Below are positions 25,197-25,412 of a DNA stretch of 25,412 nucleotides, piece after piece; position 1 is the first letter of the stretch, and every line of letters starts with the position of its first letter. The translations under genes were made by a program, and so were the position numbers. The notes below the pieces were generated by a model. The model did not search any database, had not been told where the DNA came from, and saw only the letters and a program-made list of their open reading frames with translations. The DNA comes from a virus (taxonomy: Duplodnaviria > Caudoviricetes), in IMG/VR virus record IMGVR_UViG_3300017913_002011, positions 1 to 25,412 of that record; one strand, written 5' to 3'.

Positions 25197-25412
25197 CTAC
25201 CACTCTAAGTTAAAAGCCCATTTCTTTTCATGACACCAAAAGCATTGATGGCATTCTCTTGTAAAATAGTCTGATTCTTTAGCAGTACCAACACACGATC
25301 CTGTCATGTTGTATAGAGTATCCATCAGGCCGTGTTCTTGATAAACACTAGCTACAAATTTTTTGTCTACATTGATATATGGTTGGTACTGTTTTACGCC
25401 CCATGCTTTATC
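25197..25412 (-). CDS. QueC-like (PP-loop adenine nucleotide alpha hydrolase-like) protein, C-terminal part (partial; not in the ORF track)
   Basis: Manual translation: DKAWGVKQYQPYINVDKKFVASVYQEHGLMDTLYNMTGSCVGTAKESDYFTRECHQCFWCHEKKWAFNLEW*. It has P...DK, T.SC and CxxCxxC..K..AF, like the QueC zinc site. TAG at 25197-25199, 1 nt from the next ATG. Confidence 0.68.
   Translation of the reverse strand, partial: DKAWGVKQYQPYINVDKKFVASVYQEHGLMDTLYNMTGSCVGTAKESDYFTRECHQCFWCHEKKWAFNLEW

Noticed and set aside
19349-25412. Canonical 7-deazaguanine (QueC/QueE) DNA modification pathway
   Set aside because: None of the radical SAMs shows QueE-type features that I recognise, and queD, folE and dpdA are absent from the window. 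It cannot be excluded for the rest of the genome.
1-25412. CRISPR arrays, tRNAs, introns/inteins, homing endonucleases, DGR repeats or IS elements
   Set aside because: No nucleotide-level direct repeats, non-coding space, or reverse transcriptase/transposase/endonuclease motifs were seen; the window is almost entirely coding.
14129-25412. Bacterial LPS/capsule locus misassembled onto a phage contig
   Set aside because: There are no wzx/wzy/ABC export or other membrane proteins, gene packing is phage-like, and the last gene overlaps a phage gene cleanly. Read-level confirmation would still be useful.

Overview
This is a T4-like (myovirus) bacteriophage genome segment, probably from a marine or environmental lineage (inference from gene style). 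It has two convergent blocks. (1) Plus strand, 1-14169: a late virion module with two exact T4 late promoters (TATAAATA). It encodes a fibre-like protein, baseplate gp25, gp6, a very short gp7-like protein, a gp9/gp10-like protein, gp8, a 1705-aa DUF4815/VrlC-like protein and four small or medium tail-associated proteins. (2) Minus strand, 14129 to beyond 25412: a tightly packed operon of at least 15 genes. It encodes a QueC-like enzyme (partial, missed by the ORF track), a nitroreductase, a possible GT-B protein, a DegT/DnrJ aminotransferase, an orphan, three radical SAM enzymes plus a free-standing SPASM/twitch domain, an SGNH-fold protein, a NodU/CmcH carbamoyltransferase, a SAM methyltransferase-like protein and three GT-A glycosyltransferase-like proteins. 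The main candidate for a new system is a phage-encoded pathway that builds a heavily decorated amino-sugar glycan with aminoglycoside-like enzymology. Several adjacent virion proteins are enriched in an Asp-Ser-(Asp/Ala/Ser/Gly) motif (14 DSD in about 4,500 aa, against 1 in about 3,760 aa of the enzyme block, hand count), which could be the attachment sequon for virion glycosylation. Family calls come from motif recognition only; no database searches were run.
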